Positions 1 through 8,821 of a stretch of 64,000 nt of DNA are shown piece after piece. The DNA lies in the NCBI GenBank assembly GCA_039208735.1, contig JBCCQY010000013.1, positions 1-64,000 on the forward strand, written 5' to 3'. Position 1 is the stretch's first letter; each line of letters opens with the position of its first letter. The stretch comes from Myxococcota bacterium (GTDB taxonomy: Bacteria; Myxococcota_A; UBA796; GCA-2862545). The notes beneath the pieces are model-generated. The model saw nothing but the letters and a program-made list of their open reading frames with translations. It made no database searches and had not been told where the DNA came from. The translations under genes and the position numbers were made by a program.

Positions 1-38
1 GGGCCGTAATTCAAAACTTCGGCAACTGTCGGGACGCG

Positions 39-1802
39 TCAGTCGATGCGTCGGGCGTCGACAATCCGAAGTTGCAACCTGCGGACCCCTCGCCACACGT
101 TTTCCTCGACGTGCGCGAGCAGATCGACAATTTGGTCCCGCAACGTGTCGATGCGTTCGGCCTGATCCCACCAGATGGCTTCAATGGCGGGCCCTTCGCC
201 GGCTCGTACCTTGAACTTGAGAATGTTCTCTTGTTTACCCTTGACCTCGAAGTCGTAGGGCCGAACCGCTTCGATGAGAAAGACGGGCTCTCGATTCTTC
301 ATGCCGAAGGGGCCGAGCTGGCGAAGCTCGTTGGTGAGGCCTTGGGAGATGTCGTCGATCGAGAGAATGGCGTCGTACTCGTGTTCGGGTCGCAGCTCAT
401 GGTTGCCGAGTGCGCCTTCGACATAGGTGATGAGCCGCTGCTCGAACTCCGGCAAGTCGTCGGTGCGAACAGTGAAACCGGCTGCAGCGGGGTGGCCGCC
501 ATACTTGAGGAGCAGGTCGGAGGCTTGGTCGAGCGCGCGCACCGCATGCACTTCGGGCACACTGCGCACGCTGCCCACCGCGAGGTCACCCTGGATGGAC
601 ACGATGGCGGTAGGGCGGTGCACTTCGTCTTTGACGCGAGCCGCGACAATGCCGACCACGCCTCGGTGCCAGCCATGTTCTTCACGACCCGACAACACCA
701 CGAACGCCGGCGGCGAATCGCCAAGTTCTTCCAGCGCTTCTTCGACGAGCCGACGCTGGATGTCCTTTCGTTCGGCGTTGAGTCCATCGAGTTTGCGGGC
801 GAGTCGCTTGGCCTCGTCAACGTCGCGGGTGGTGAGCAACTCGACCACCAGGTTCGCATCGGCGATTCGGCCTGCCGCATTGATGCGCGGCCCCAAGCGA
901 AATCCGAGATCTGTGGGGCGAATTTCGCGATTGGATAGGTCGGCCACGCCGATCAACTCGGCGAGTCCCGCGTGGTGATGGTCGACGTTGAGCGCTTCGA
1001 GCCCTAGCGTGACGATGGCACGGTTCTCGAGCGTGTCGAGGGGCACCATGTCGGCCACGGTGCCGATTGCCGCAAGCTTGAGCATGCTGCGGAGGATCGC
1101 ATCGCGCTTGGGGTGCTCGCCAAGCAAGGCCTCAGCGACCTTGAAGCTCACCCCACACGCGGCGAGGGCCCCGTTCGGGTAGGCACAACCCTCTTGGGGC
1201 GGGCACAGCACGGTGGCACCCTCGGGCACCGCAGCCCCCTTAGGAAGGTGATGGTCGCACACCAAGACTTCGATGCCCGCATTGCCTGCCTCAGCGATGG
1301 CCGCATGGTCGCGAACCCCAATGTCGGCTGTGACGATCAGATCCACCCCGTCTTCGGCGGCCTTTTTGGCCGCTGCGACGCTGAATCCGTAGCCCTCACC
1401 GAAGCGATTTGGGATGTGGTAGTCGAGGACCACGTCGGGGCCCATGAGCTTGATGACGGCCTGCAGAATGAGAGACGACGTGGTGCCGTCGACATCGTAG
1501 TCCGTGACCACTCGAATGCGCTGGCGATCGAACAGGGCACGCCGGAGTCGCTCGACGGCGCGTTCCATGTTGAGCATCGCCCACGGATTGTGGAAGTGGT
1601 CGAGGCTTGGCTTCAGCCAATCCGCGGCCCGCTCGGTGGCGTCGCCAAGACGAAGGGCGAGCACCCGGGCGGCGGGCAGCGAGAGGCCAAGCTGGTTGGC
1701 AAGGGCGCGAACTTCGTCGTCAGGCAGCGCAGACGACGCATCGATGGATGCCCAACGGGCACCCGTGAGGCTCAACACAGGGCTGTGGATCACGGTGGTC
1801 AC
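39..1802 (-). CDS. recJ: Single-stranded-DNA-specific exonuclease RecJ
   Basis: DHH-family motifs DYDVDG, EGYG, DHH, GTVAD, GPRINAAGR and GGH. Start placed at GTG 1802; the extension to 1931 looks non-coding. Confidence 0.95.
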   Translation of the reverse strand: MTTVIHSPVLSLTGARWASIDASSALPDDEVRALANQLGLSLPAARVLALRLGDATERAADWLKPSLDHFHNPWAMLNMERAVERLRRALFDRQRIRVVTDYDVDGTTSSLILQAVIKLMGPDVVLDYHIPNRFGEGYGFSVAAAKKAAEDGVDLIVTADIGVRDHAAIAEAGNAGIEVLVCDHHLPKGAAVPEGATVLCPPQEGCAYPNGALAACGVSFKVAEALLGEHPKRDAILRSMLKLAAIGTVADMVPLDTLENRAIVTLGLEALNVDHHHAGLAELIGVADLSNREIRPTDLGFRLGPRINAAGRIADANLVVELLTTRDVDEAKRLARKLDGLNAERKDIQRRLVEEALEELGDSPPAFVVLSGREEHGWHRGVVGIVAARVKDEVHRPTAIVSIQGDLAVGSVRSVPEVHAVRALDQASDLLLKYGGHPAAAGFTVRTDDLPEFEQRLITYVEGALGNHELRPEHEYDAILSIDDISQGLTNELRQLGPFGMKNREPVFLIEAVRPYDFEVKGKQENILKFKVRAGEGPAIEAIWWDQAERIDTLRDQIVDLLAHVEENVWRGVRRLQLRIVDARRID

Positions 1803-1934
1803 ACGAGGGAAGTAGCGCACAGGCCAGCCAGAAACTGACCGATCGCGGAGGGAAGGGCGGAACGCCCCGGGGAGAGGAAGGAAGGAGGGACGCGGTACGT
1901 CCGGGGAGGACGCCATCCGCCAACCGAGCATAGA

Positions 1935-4900
1935 TCAAGGTTCGGCCGTCGGTCCATCCGAAACCCCGTCGGGAGCGGGGTCGATCGCGGGCGGGGCAGC
2001 AAGGACACTGTCCAGATGGGGGCGTTCGCTCCAGAACAGGGCTTGCCGGATTCGCTCGACCATTGGCGGCGGCGTGGCGGTTCCCAACAGCGATGCGGCG
2101 GTGAGTCGAGCGTGGGCCCGGGTGAGCAAGTCCGTGGCCCCCAACGCGGCCTCGAAGCGCTCAGGGTTTCCGTGGTGTCGCAAGTCCTCGAGAGCGCCGA
2201 AGACGTGAGACAGATCGGTCGGCCAATGGGCGGCCAGCGCGGTCTGGATGGGTGCGGCGTCTCGTCCTTCGCGCAGGGTTCCGGCGAGCGCCGGCCACAG
2301 CACGGTGGCCGGTAGGGGCTCGGGGACGAAACGCGGAGGGTCGTGCCCCGATGCGGCTTGCCAGGCATCCACCAGCTCCGGCATGCCGATCTCGCGAGCC
2401 TGGTCGGGTCCGAAGCGTAGAAAGACCCAGGCGATGACGGGGATGGAGCGGCCCACCGGTGCCTCGACGGGAGCCTCGGCCAAAACGGCGAGTTCCGATC
2501 CGCGCTCCGCCAGCTTTTCGACCTGGACGGGTTCGTCGGCCAGCCGAGCCAGGCGCATCCGCCACAGGGCCACCGCGGGTTCACGAGGCAACAACGCGAG
2601 GGGTAAGGCGGCCGCAGCTTCCGCGTAGCGTTCCTGGTCGGACAACGCAGCGGCATGGCCAAAGGCCAAGTAGCCATGGTGCGGGTGGGGCGAACGAGCC
2701 GTCGCCCACGCTTCGGGACCGGCTTGTCGACAGCGCAGCGCGAAGTAGGTTGCGTCGGGGTGAGCATCGTCGGCGAGCGCGGCTTGCTCCGCACACAACC
2801 GTTGGCGCATGGCGGAGGTCGTGGTGTCCATCCAGGCGCGTCTGGCGGCCACCGAGAGCCCCTGGCGCGCGGCGAGCGCGTCGTCGAGCCGAACCACGTG
2901 GCGGAACTCCGGGGAACCGGCCGCACGAATCCAGTCCGCGTACGAAGGGCTCGTGATGGGGTCGTGCACGAGGTGGGCGCGGACTTGCTCGGCGACACTC
3001 GTCAGGTCGAGGTGTTCAGCCACCAGTCCCACCAGGTCGGGCGGAGGAACATCGTCTAGCCACTGAACCGAGGCCTCAGCTGGCCGGAACCGGTCGTTGT
3101 GCAATTGCCCAGACGCGATGCCCGCACTCCCGCGGGCCACGTTGTAGGTCACGGTTTCGCCGTGTCTGGGGCCAGACTGGTCGAAGGTCTCGATGACGTG
3201 GCCGTCTGCCCCCCGGGTTTCGCCCTTGATCCGCGTGGCGTTCACCTCGATGGGTCGCGTCGCGAACGGGGGCACGGGGAACGTCGTGCCGGCGATCGTC
3301 ACGTCGATCGCCGTGCCGAGGCCATTGTGGACCTCGAGGTGCCCCGGGCCGGTGACCCAAGGCAACGCAGGTCCCCCCAGCGCCAGCGTGGCCCAGAGCC
3401 CCGGGCCGAGAATGCCGACCGCGACCGTGAAACGAGCCACTCCAGCGACGGGTCCCTCGGCCAGGATGAACTTGTCCCACCAGGTGAGGGACTTGATTCG
3501 GGGGCGCTCATCGCCCATACAGCGACGTGGGTAATCGAGGGGAATGGCGGCCATCGGGGGGGCTGGCACGTCGGTCGGACGTTCGCCTTGTTGCCAGGCC
3601 CACTCGACCCAGGTTTCGGCCTCGATCAGCACGTCCAAGGTGGCCCGAGCGAGCCGGCGGGTCATCGTCATGCCATGTCGGGTGTACCCTTCGGCCACCG
3701 GGAACCAGTCCCCGAGCAGCTCCTCCATGGGTGCGGGGAGTTCGTAGGGGCCTCCCAGCGCCTCCGCCCAGCTGTCGATCTCCCAGGGATCCAGAACGCC
3801 GATGGGCAGTTGAACGTGATCGCGAGAGCCATACAGCGACTGGTTGGCCGCATGCACCTCATGCGCGGCGGCAATGATGCGGCGCATTTCGTGTTGGTTG
3901 ATCGAGGCGTCCGCCATGGCCATGGTCACCGCATTCTCGAGGTGATCGAGGGCATCTGCGAGGTCAGCCTCGGCGTGCTCGGCGTAATGAATGAGGTCGA
4001 GAAGACTCGCGAGGTAGGCCGGCCATGCGCCGGAGGGATCCAGGCGTCGAGCGGCTTCGAAGTGCGCGGTTCGGACGCGCCGATCGTGCTGATGCACCAG
4101 GTCTCGCGCGGCCTCGGCGTCGTGTTGGACCGTTTCGATCCACTTGGGGAGGTCTCGGCGCCGAAGTTCGCGACCCCGAAAGCGGATGACGCCACCCGGT
4201 GCTTCAAGGATGCCGTCTTTTAGTCCCTGCAGTTGGTGGAGTTCGCGCTGCAGCTCCTCACAGCGTTCAAGGTCGTGCCGCAAGGTCTCCGGGTAAAGCG
4301 CTCCAAGTTCCGCGGTCAGCTGCGCATCGGACCACTGGGCGGCTTCGTCCGGATCGAGGAGCACATCGGGCTCGGTGGTATGCAAGCACAGGCTTCGTTC
4401 GACCCACGCGCCCCGAAACCGACGAGCGAGGTGTGGCCGATCGAAGATGCGTTTGAGTTCCTCGAGCGAGGTGGGCGTGGCGACGAACTGGTCGACGTCG
4501 CGTTCCACGATGGCGGTGAGGAGCCGCTTGGTATGGAGGCGTCGAACCGTCGGTGGGTCCGTGAAGAGCACCCAGGCCGAGCGCCCATCGAGGCGGGAGG
4601 GCAGGTACCGGTCTTTGGCACTCGCCTCCCGGTCGGGATTGGCCGGGTGGGTCGACCACATCCGAGGCACTTCCGCGAGATCGGGCGAGAACACCCGAAA
4701 GTCAGCGCGACGATCAGTGGGCGGGGAGGGGGTGAGCCCAAAGGTGGGGTCGTGCAGCACCTCTCGCAGGTGCTCGATGATGCGGCTTTGCAGGGCGAAC
4801 AGGTCTTCTGGGGCGCGCTCCTGTTCGAGTTCGCCCAGCGCAAAGTGGACCGCTCGGTCTAGTGCGACATCGGCCGCGGTGAGCCGATGCAACGCGTGAA

Positions 4901-5747
4901 TGAGGCTGTCCGAGCCGGTCAGGGAAACCGCCACCCGGTCGGCCTGAAACTCCATCTCTCGGGACAACGATCGGTCGAGCAGGACGACGAAGCGAAATGC
5001 CGCTTCGATGACAGATCGCACCGACCACACCCATAACCGCATGATCCAGCCCACCCACGCGATGCGGATGTCGAGCCGTGACACGCCATCGAGGAAGCGG
5101 TCGAGGCCATCACGGCGAACCACCAGTTCGCCCACGAACTGCTGCGTGAGGTAGACCCACCGGCCAATGCGCATGGTGCGCTGGGCAAAGTGGCCGAATT
5201 CGTGTGCGAGCACCGCCTTGAATTCATCGAGGCTCAGCGCGTTGACAAGACCCAGCCCAATGAGGAGGTTCTTGCGAGACGGAAAAAGAACGTCAAACCA
5301 GCTCAGATCGTAGAAGACCGCGGCGTTGACCTGCGCGGTGAGGAACACCTTGTGCGGCCGAGGAGCCCCCGCTTCATCGGCCACTCGGTTGATGAAGGCC
5401 ATCAGGGCGGGCTCGTCTTCGGCGGTGATCCGCGTCAGTCCAGAGGGCCGGCCCCGGTGGACCATAAACAGTCCCTTCACCATGACGACGAAGAGAAACG
5501 CAGCAGGAATCGCCACCAGACCGTCGAGAACGGGCGTTTCGGTCCAGCCTTTCAGGATGCCGAGGATCCGCGTCACCGTGACGTAGCCAAACCAGCCCGT
5601 GAGCGAGAAGTACAGCAGGAGCAGCAGCGCGAGGGCCACGACCGCGAGCCTTGCGTCGCGAAGGTAGCGGCGCGAGGGTGCGGTCAGCCCGGCCGTCGCT
5701 TCCGGGGGAGGCGAGAGAGGCCAGGGAACGGGGTCCGCGCTCTCCAT
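1935..5747 (-). CDS. M48 (HtpX-like) membrane metallopeptidase with long C-terminal extension
   Basis: N-terminal TM helices, VNAAV, AHEFGH (HExxH), REMEFQAD and STHP. ATG 5747 lies just past the upstream gene's stop. Confidence 0.8.
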   Translation of the reverse strand: MESADPVPWPLSPPPEATAGLTAPSRRYLRDARLAVVALALLLLLYFSLTGWFGYVTVTRILGILKGWTETPVLDGLVAIPAAFLFVVMVKGLFMVHRGRPSGLTRITAEDEPALMAFINRVADEAGAPRPHKVFLTAQVNAAVFYDLSWFDVLFPSRKNLLIGLGLVNALSLDEFKAVLAHEFGHFAQRTMRIGRWVYLTQQFVGELVVRRDGLDRFLDGVSRLDIRIAWVGWIMRLWVWSVRSVIEAAFRFVVLLDRSLSREMEFQADRVAVSLTGSDSLIHALHRLTAADVALDRAVHFALGELEQERAPEDLFALQSRIIEHLREVLHDPTFGLTPSPPTDRRADFRVFSPDLAEVPRMWSTHPANPDREASAKDRYLPSRLDGRSAWVLFTDPPTVRRLHTKRLLTAIVERDVDQFVATPTSLEELKRIFDRPHLARRFRGAWVERSLCLHTTEPDVLLDPDEAAQWSDAQLTAELGALYPETLRHDLERCEELQRELHQLQGLKDGILEAPGGVIRFRGRELRRRDLPKWIETVQHDAEAARDLVHQHDRRVRTAHFEAARRLDPSGAWPAYLASLLDLIHYAEHAEADLADALDHLENAVTMAMADASINQHEMRRIIAAAHEVHAANQSLYGSRDHVQLPIGVLDPWEIDSWAEALGGPYELPAPMEELLGDWFPVAEGYTRHGMTMTRRLARATLDVLIEAETWVEWAWQQGERPTDVPAPPMAAIPLDYPRRCMGDERPRIKSLTWWDKFILAEGPVAGVARFTVAVGILGPGLWATLALGGPALPWVTGPGHLEVHNGLGTAIDVTIAGTTFPVPPFATRPIEVNATRIKGETRGADGHVIETFDQSGPRHGETVTYNVARGSAGIASGQLHNDRFRPAEASVQWLDDVPPPDLVGLVAEHLDLTSVAEQVRAHLVHDPITSPSYADWIRAAGSPEFRHVVRLDDALAARQGLSVAARRAWMDTTTSAMRQRLCAEQAALADDAHPDATYFALRCRQAGPEAWATARSPHPHHGYLAFGHAAALSDQERYAEAAAALPLALLPREPAVALWRMRLARLADEPVQVEKLAERGSELAVLAEAPVEAPVGRSIPVIAWVFLRFGPDQAREIGMPELVDAWQAASGHDPPRFVPEPLPATVLWPALAGTLREGRDAAPIQTALAAHWPTDLSHVFGALEDLRHHGNPERFEAALGATDLLTRAHARLTAASLLGTATPPPMVERIRQALFWSERPHLDSVLAAPPAIDPAPDGVSDGPTAEP

Positions 5748-5751
5748 CGGA

Positions 5752-6876
5752 CTATCCCGAGAACCCGAGCAGGTACGACGACAACAGCCCGATCCAGATG
5801 CCTCCAAAAATGCCGAGCATCCCGTAGACCAATCCCGGAAGGTCGGCGCCCGGCTCGGTGATCTCGACCTTGTCGTCTTCGGGCAGGTAGTCGAAGACGC
5901 GACCCTCTTCGGGGGCAGGCCCGGGGGGCACCGGCGGGGGCAAGGGCAGTGACGCGATGGGGCGATTCACCAACCACACCGTGAGCTGGCGTTCCTCTCC
6001 GCCCCCCATTCGCTGCATGTCGAGGTCGATGCGGATGCGGTCGCCTTCGACGTTGGAGTGCGTGATGCGCAGAGGGTGGCTGCCGACGAATTCATCAGGC
6101 TGGAAGGGGATCTCGATGCTGGGTGCGCCCGCGGTCGGCCGCCGATCTGGAGGGTCCACGGTCACGCTATGCGGGGTGGTCTCGGTGCGCGCTTGGATGT
6201 TCTCCATGTGGCGCCGAATCACCTCGATGCCCGACCGAGACCGTGTGTCATTCACCGCCGTCAGGGTGATCGCGTCCTGGCCGGACAGCGTGTCGCGAAC
6301 CCGAGCGAGCACGGCCGAGGCCGTCTGGGCGAAGGTTTCCAAGACGCCTTCCCCGGTCTTCGTCGCGGCAGGCACGATGGGGAAATTGAAGGGATTGAGG
6401 TCGGCGACCACCTCGTCGACGGGTCGAGCGTCGACGGCATCGGTCTGGTTGACCTGGATAACCACCGGTGTAGCCGACAGTTCGAGGCCGATGGATTTCA
6501 ACAGCGCTTCGAGCTGAAGGATGTGGTCGAGGTTCGTCTCGGCCCGGTCGGCGCGGGCGTCACCCACGAAGACCACCGCATCGACCCCGCCGATGACCTC
6601 GTCGCGGTGGACCTTGACATCGATTCCGCCGGGCAGGCTGTAGATCCGCCACGACATCGAGAATCCCTCGATGGGCGGCTCCACCAAAGGCACGAAGTCG
6701 AAGTACCAGGATTCCTCCTGGCGCTCTTTCGGCCCAAATCGATGCAGCGGAGACTTGCGCTTGCTCTGTACGAGGTGCCAAAGCCGCTCGACGTTCGAGT
6801 TGCAGCCAGCTCCGCTTGCGCCGAAGTAGACGATTTTCGACGTGATTTCGCGGTTTCCGAAGTTGATTGTCGCCAT
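5752..6876 (-). CDS. MglA-like small GTPase-fold protein with degenerate G motifs and a C-terminal TM helix
   Basis: MATINFGNREITSKIVYFG, YFDF and GVDAVVFVGD match the MglA pattern; a Pro-rich linker and hydrophobic C-terminus follow. Confidence 0.75.
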   Translation of the reverse strand: MATINFGNREITSKIVYFGASGAGCNSNVERLWHLVQSKRKSPLHRFGPKERQEESWYFDFVPLVEPPIEGFSMSWRIYSLPGGIDVKVHRDEVIGGVDAVVFVGDARADRAETNLDHILQLEALLKSIGLELSATPVVIQVNQTDAVDARPVDEVVADLNPFNFPIVPAATKTGEGVLETFAQTASAVLARVRDTLSGQDAITLTAVNDTRSRSGIEVIRRHMENIQARTETTPHSVTVDPPDRRPTAGAPSIEIPFQPDEFVGSHPLRITHSNVEGDRIRIDLDMQRMGGGEERQLTVWLVNRPIASLPLPPPVPPGPAPEEGRVFDYLPEDDKVEITEPGADLPGLVYGMLGIFGGIWIGLLSSYLLGFSG

Positions 6877-6931
6877 GCCGCGCCAGTATACCGTCGCGAC
6901 GTTACCGGTTGCGTCCTGGAGGAGACTGCCC

Positions 6932-7882
6932 GTGGCCGCGTTGATTCCTTGGTTCGAACAACCCATCCTCGAGTTGAACGAGTTCATTCCGGGTCTTCCG
7001 GACGGTGCGGCGCTGCACGGCTTTGGCCTCTTCGTGGCCCTTGGGTTCGTTTTCGGAGGCATGCTCGCGAAGCGTCGGGCAGACCGCTACGGTCTATCCT
7101 CGGCCTCGATCGATCAGCTCATCACCTGGCTCATCGTAGGCACCTTCGTGGGTGGACACTTCGGCTACGGCATCATGTACGAACCGGCGGAGTACTTCGC
7201 GAACCCCATCAAGTTCCTCGAGTTTTGGCACGGTCTGTCGAGCTTCGGCGGCTTCGTGGTTTGCGTGCCGCTTGCCGTCTACTTCTTCTACAGCAAGAAG
7301 ATGCCAGTGTGGCCCTACCTCGACTGCTTGGCCTACGGCTTGGCCATGGGCTGGTTCCTGGGTCGGATGGGTTGCTTTGTCGCGCATGACCACCCGGGGG
7401 CTGAGACGACGTTCTTCTTAGGGGTCTACTGTCAGCCGATTCCTGGGCATGTGCTCGATCTGCCCGGTTGGTTGGTCCAAGGGGATGGGTCGGGCATGGC
7501 GCCATGGGGACCCTGCGCGCGGGACGGTTCCATCGAGGCGGTCCACGACACCGGTCTCTACGAGGCGCTCTGGTCGCTCGGCATGTTGGGCGTGTTGACC
7601 TGGCTCGATCGTCGGCCGACGATTCCGGGTACCCTGACGCTGACCTATGGCTTGACCTACGGCCCCGTGCGCTTCATGACGGACTTCCTGCGTCCCGAAT
7701 ACTCCGACCCCCGCGTGTTTGGATTCACTCCGGCCCAGTGGTGGTCGTCCGTCTTCACGATGGTCTGCTTAGCGGCATTGTATTGGCGCCTTCAGTCCGA
7801 CGAGGAGCCGTTGGTGCCCATTGAAGATCAGCCCAAATCCAAGTCCGAGGACACGCCCGAGCCCTCGGCCACACCCTCGTGA
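6932..7882 (+). CDS. lgt: Prolipoprotein diacylglyceryl transferase family protein
   Basis: Multi-TM protein with GLSSFGG, GRMGCF, HDTGLYE and RFMTDFLR. GGAGGAG RBS precedes GTG 6932. Confidence 0.85.
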   Translation: MAALIPWFEQPILELNEFIPGLPDGAALHGFGLFVALGFVFGGMLAKRRADRYGLSSASIDQLITWLIVGTFVGGHFGYGIMYEPAEYFANPIKFLEFWHGLSSFGGFVVCVPLAVYFFYSKKMPVWPYLDCLAYGLAMGWFLGRMGCFVAHDHPGAETTFFLGVYCQPIPGHVLDLPGWLVQGDGSGMAPWGPCARDGSIEAVHDTGLYEALWSLGMLGVLTWLDRRPTIPGTLTLTYGLTYGPVRFMTDFLRPEYSDPRVFGFTPAQWWSSVFTMVCLAALYWRLQSDEEPLVPIEDQPKSKSEDTPEPSATPS

Positions 7883-8767
7883 CTACGGTCGCGTCTGATC
7901 GATGGGCAGCCGTGTGCCGCAATGTCCACAGTTCCGGGCCAGGGCACTCCACGCACAGCCACAACGCAGGCAGGTCCGTTCGATACCTGAAAACGGATGC
8001 TCGCGGCCTACGATGAGCTGGTCCCAGTCCGCGAGTCGGGTCGGGATGTTGCCCCGTGCGTGTCCGCAAGAAGGGCAGTGCGCATGCCGTTCGCCAAGTA
8101 GAGGTTGCTCTCCGCACTGGGGGCACGTCCACTGGGCCTCGTGGGTGGTGGCGGGGGGGGAAGCGGGTCCCACGACCGACAAGCCGTAGCGGACGCCGTT
8201 CTGCAAGAGCCGCCGATGACGGATGCGGGCGACGACAGGGTCTTCTTCGGGAAGGCGACAGACCACCTCGGTCGCTCGGCACAACAGGGGCTCCGCTTGT
8301 TGCACGAACCGGAGCCCTAGTCCCTCGGAGGATCGGTCCACCACTCGGGCGGCGAAGGTTCGAGCGGAGGAAGGTCCGCTGTCGATCGTGATTTCGATCG
8401 GGTCGTCGGTGGCCGGCAGGGACAGTCGGGGCCAGTGGCGGCGATCGGCGGGCTCCCCGACGGGTCCCGTCAGCACCTCGGCCCACAGCGAGGGGTTGAC
8501 CGCATCGACCTCGATCAGGACCACCGATGGCAGGTACGCCACGGCGGTGAGTCGGGCGGTGCTGCCTCGACCGGCCTCGGCGCGCGGGGCGGTGACCTCG
8601 AGCTGCACCATGCTGCCCAGCGCGAGTTTTGTCGGCCCGTCCTCGAGGGAGAACGCAAGTTGAGGAGGTCCGCCCATAATGGGGGGAGCGAGCCGACCAA
8701 GCCACCGGCGGTCGCCCTGCTCGACGCTGGCGACCGCAACATTGCCTGGTTTGGTGGCCGCGCCCAT
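7883..8767 (-). CDS. PilZ domain protein with C-terminal double zinc ribbon
   Basis: PilZ motifs RRHWPR (RxxxR) and DRSSEG (DxSxxG); four CxxC pairs at the C-terminus; GGAGG RBS. Confidence 0.7.
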   Translation of the reverse strand: MGAATKPGNVAVASVEQGDRRWLGRLAPPIMGGPPQLAFSLEDGPTKLALGSMVQLEVTAPRAEAGRGSTARLTAVAYLPSVVLIEVDAVNPSLWAEVLTGPVGEPADRRHWPRLSLPATDDPIEITIDSGPSSARTFAARVVDRSSEGLGLRFVQQAEPLLCRATEVVCRLPEEDPVVARIRHRRLLQNGVRYGLSVVGPASPPATTHEAQWTCPQCGEQPLLGERHAHCPSCGHARGNIPTRLADWDQLIVGREHPFSGIERTCLRCGCAWSALARNCGHCGTRLPIDQTRP

Positions 8768-8821
8768 CACGCCTCCGTGGATGTTCGTCGGACCAGGCGA
8801 GTGCCCAGTTAAGGACCGCTC

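Noticed and set aside
6877..7062. Overlapping N-terminal extensions of the MglA-like and lgt ORFs
   Set aside because: Family homology starts at 6876 (-) and 6932 (+), leaving a normal divergent gap.
1799..7389. Long alternative-frame ORFs such as 1799-2998, 3099-4223 and 6058-7389
   Set aside because: These are shadow frames typical of high-GC DNA, with no motifs, overlapping well-supported genes.
8153..8160. G8 run (also C8 at 18720-18727) as a phase-variation tract
   Set aside because: The runs are short and expected in GC-rich DNA, and the reading frame is intact.
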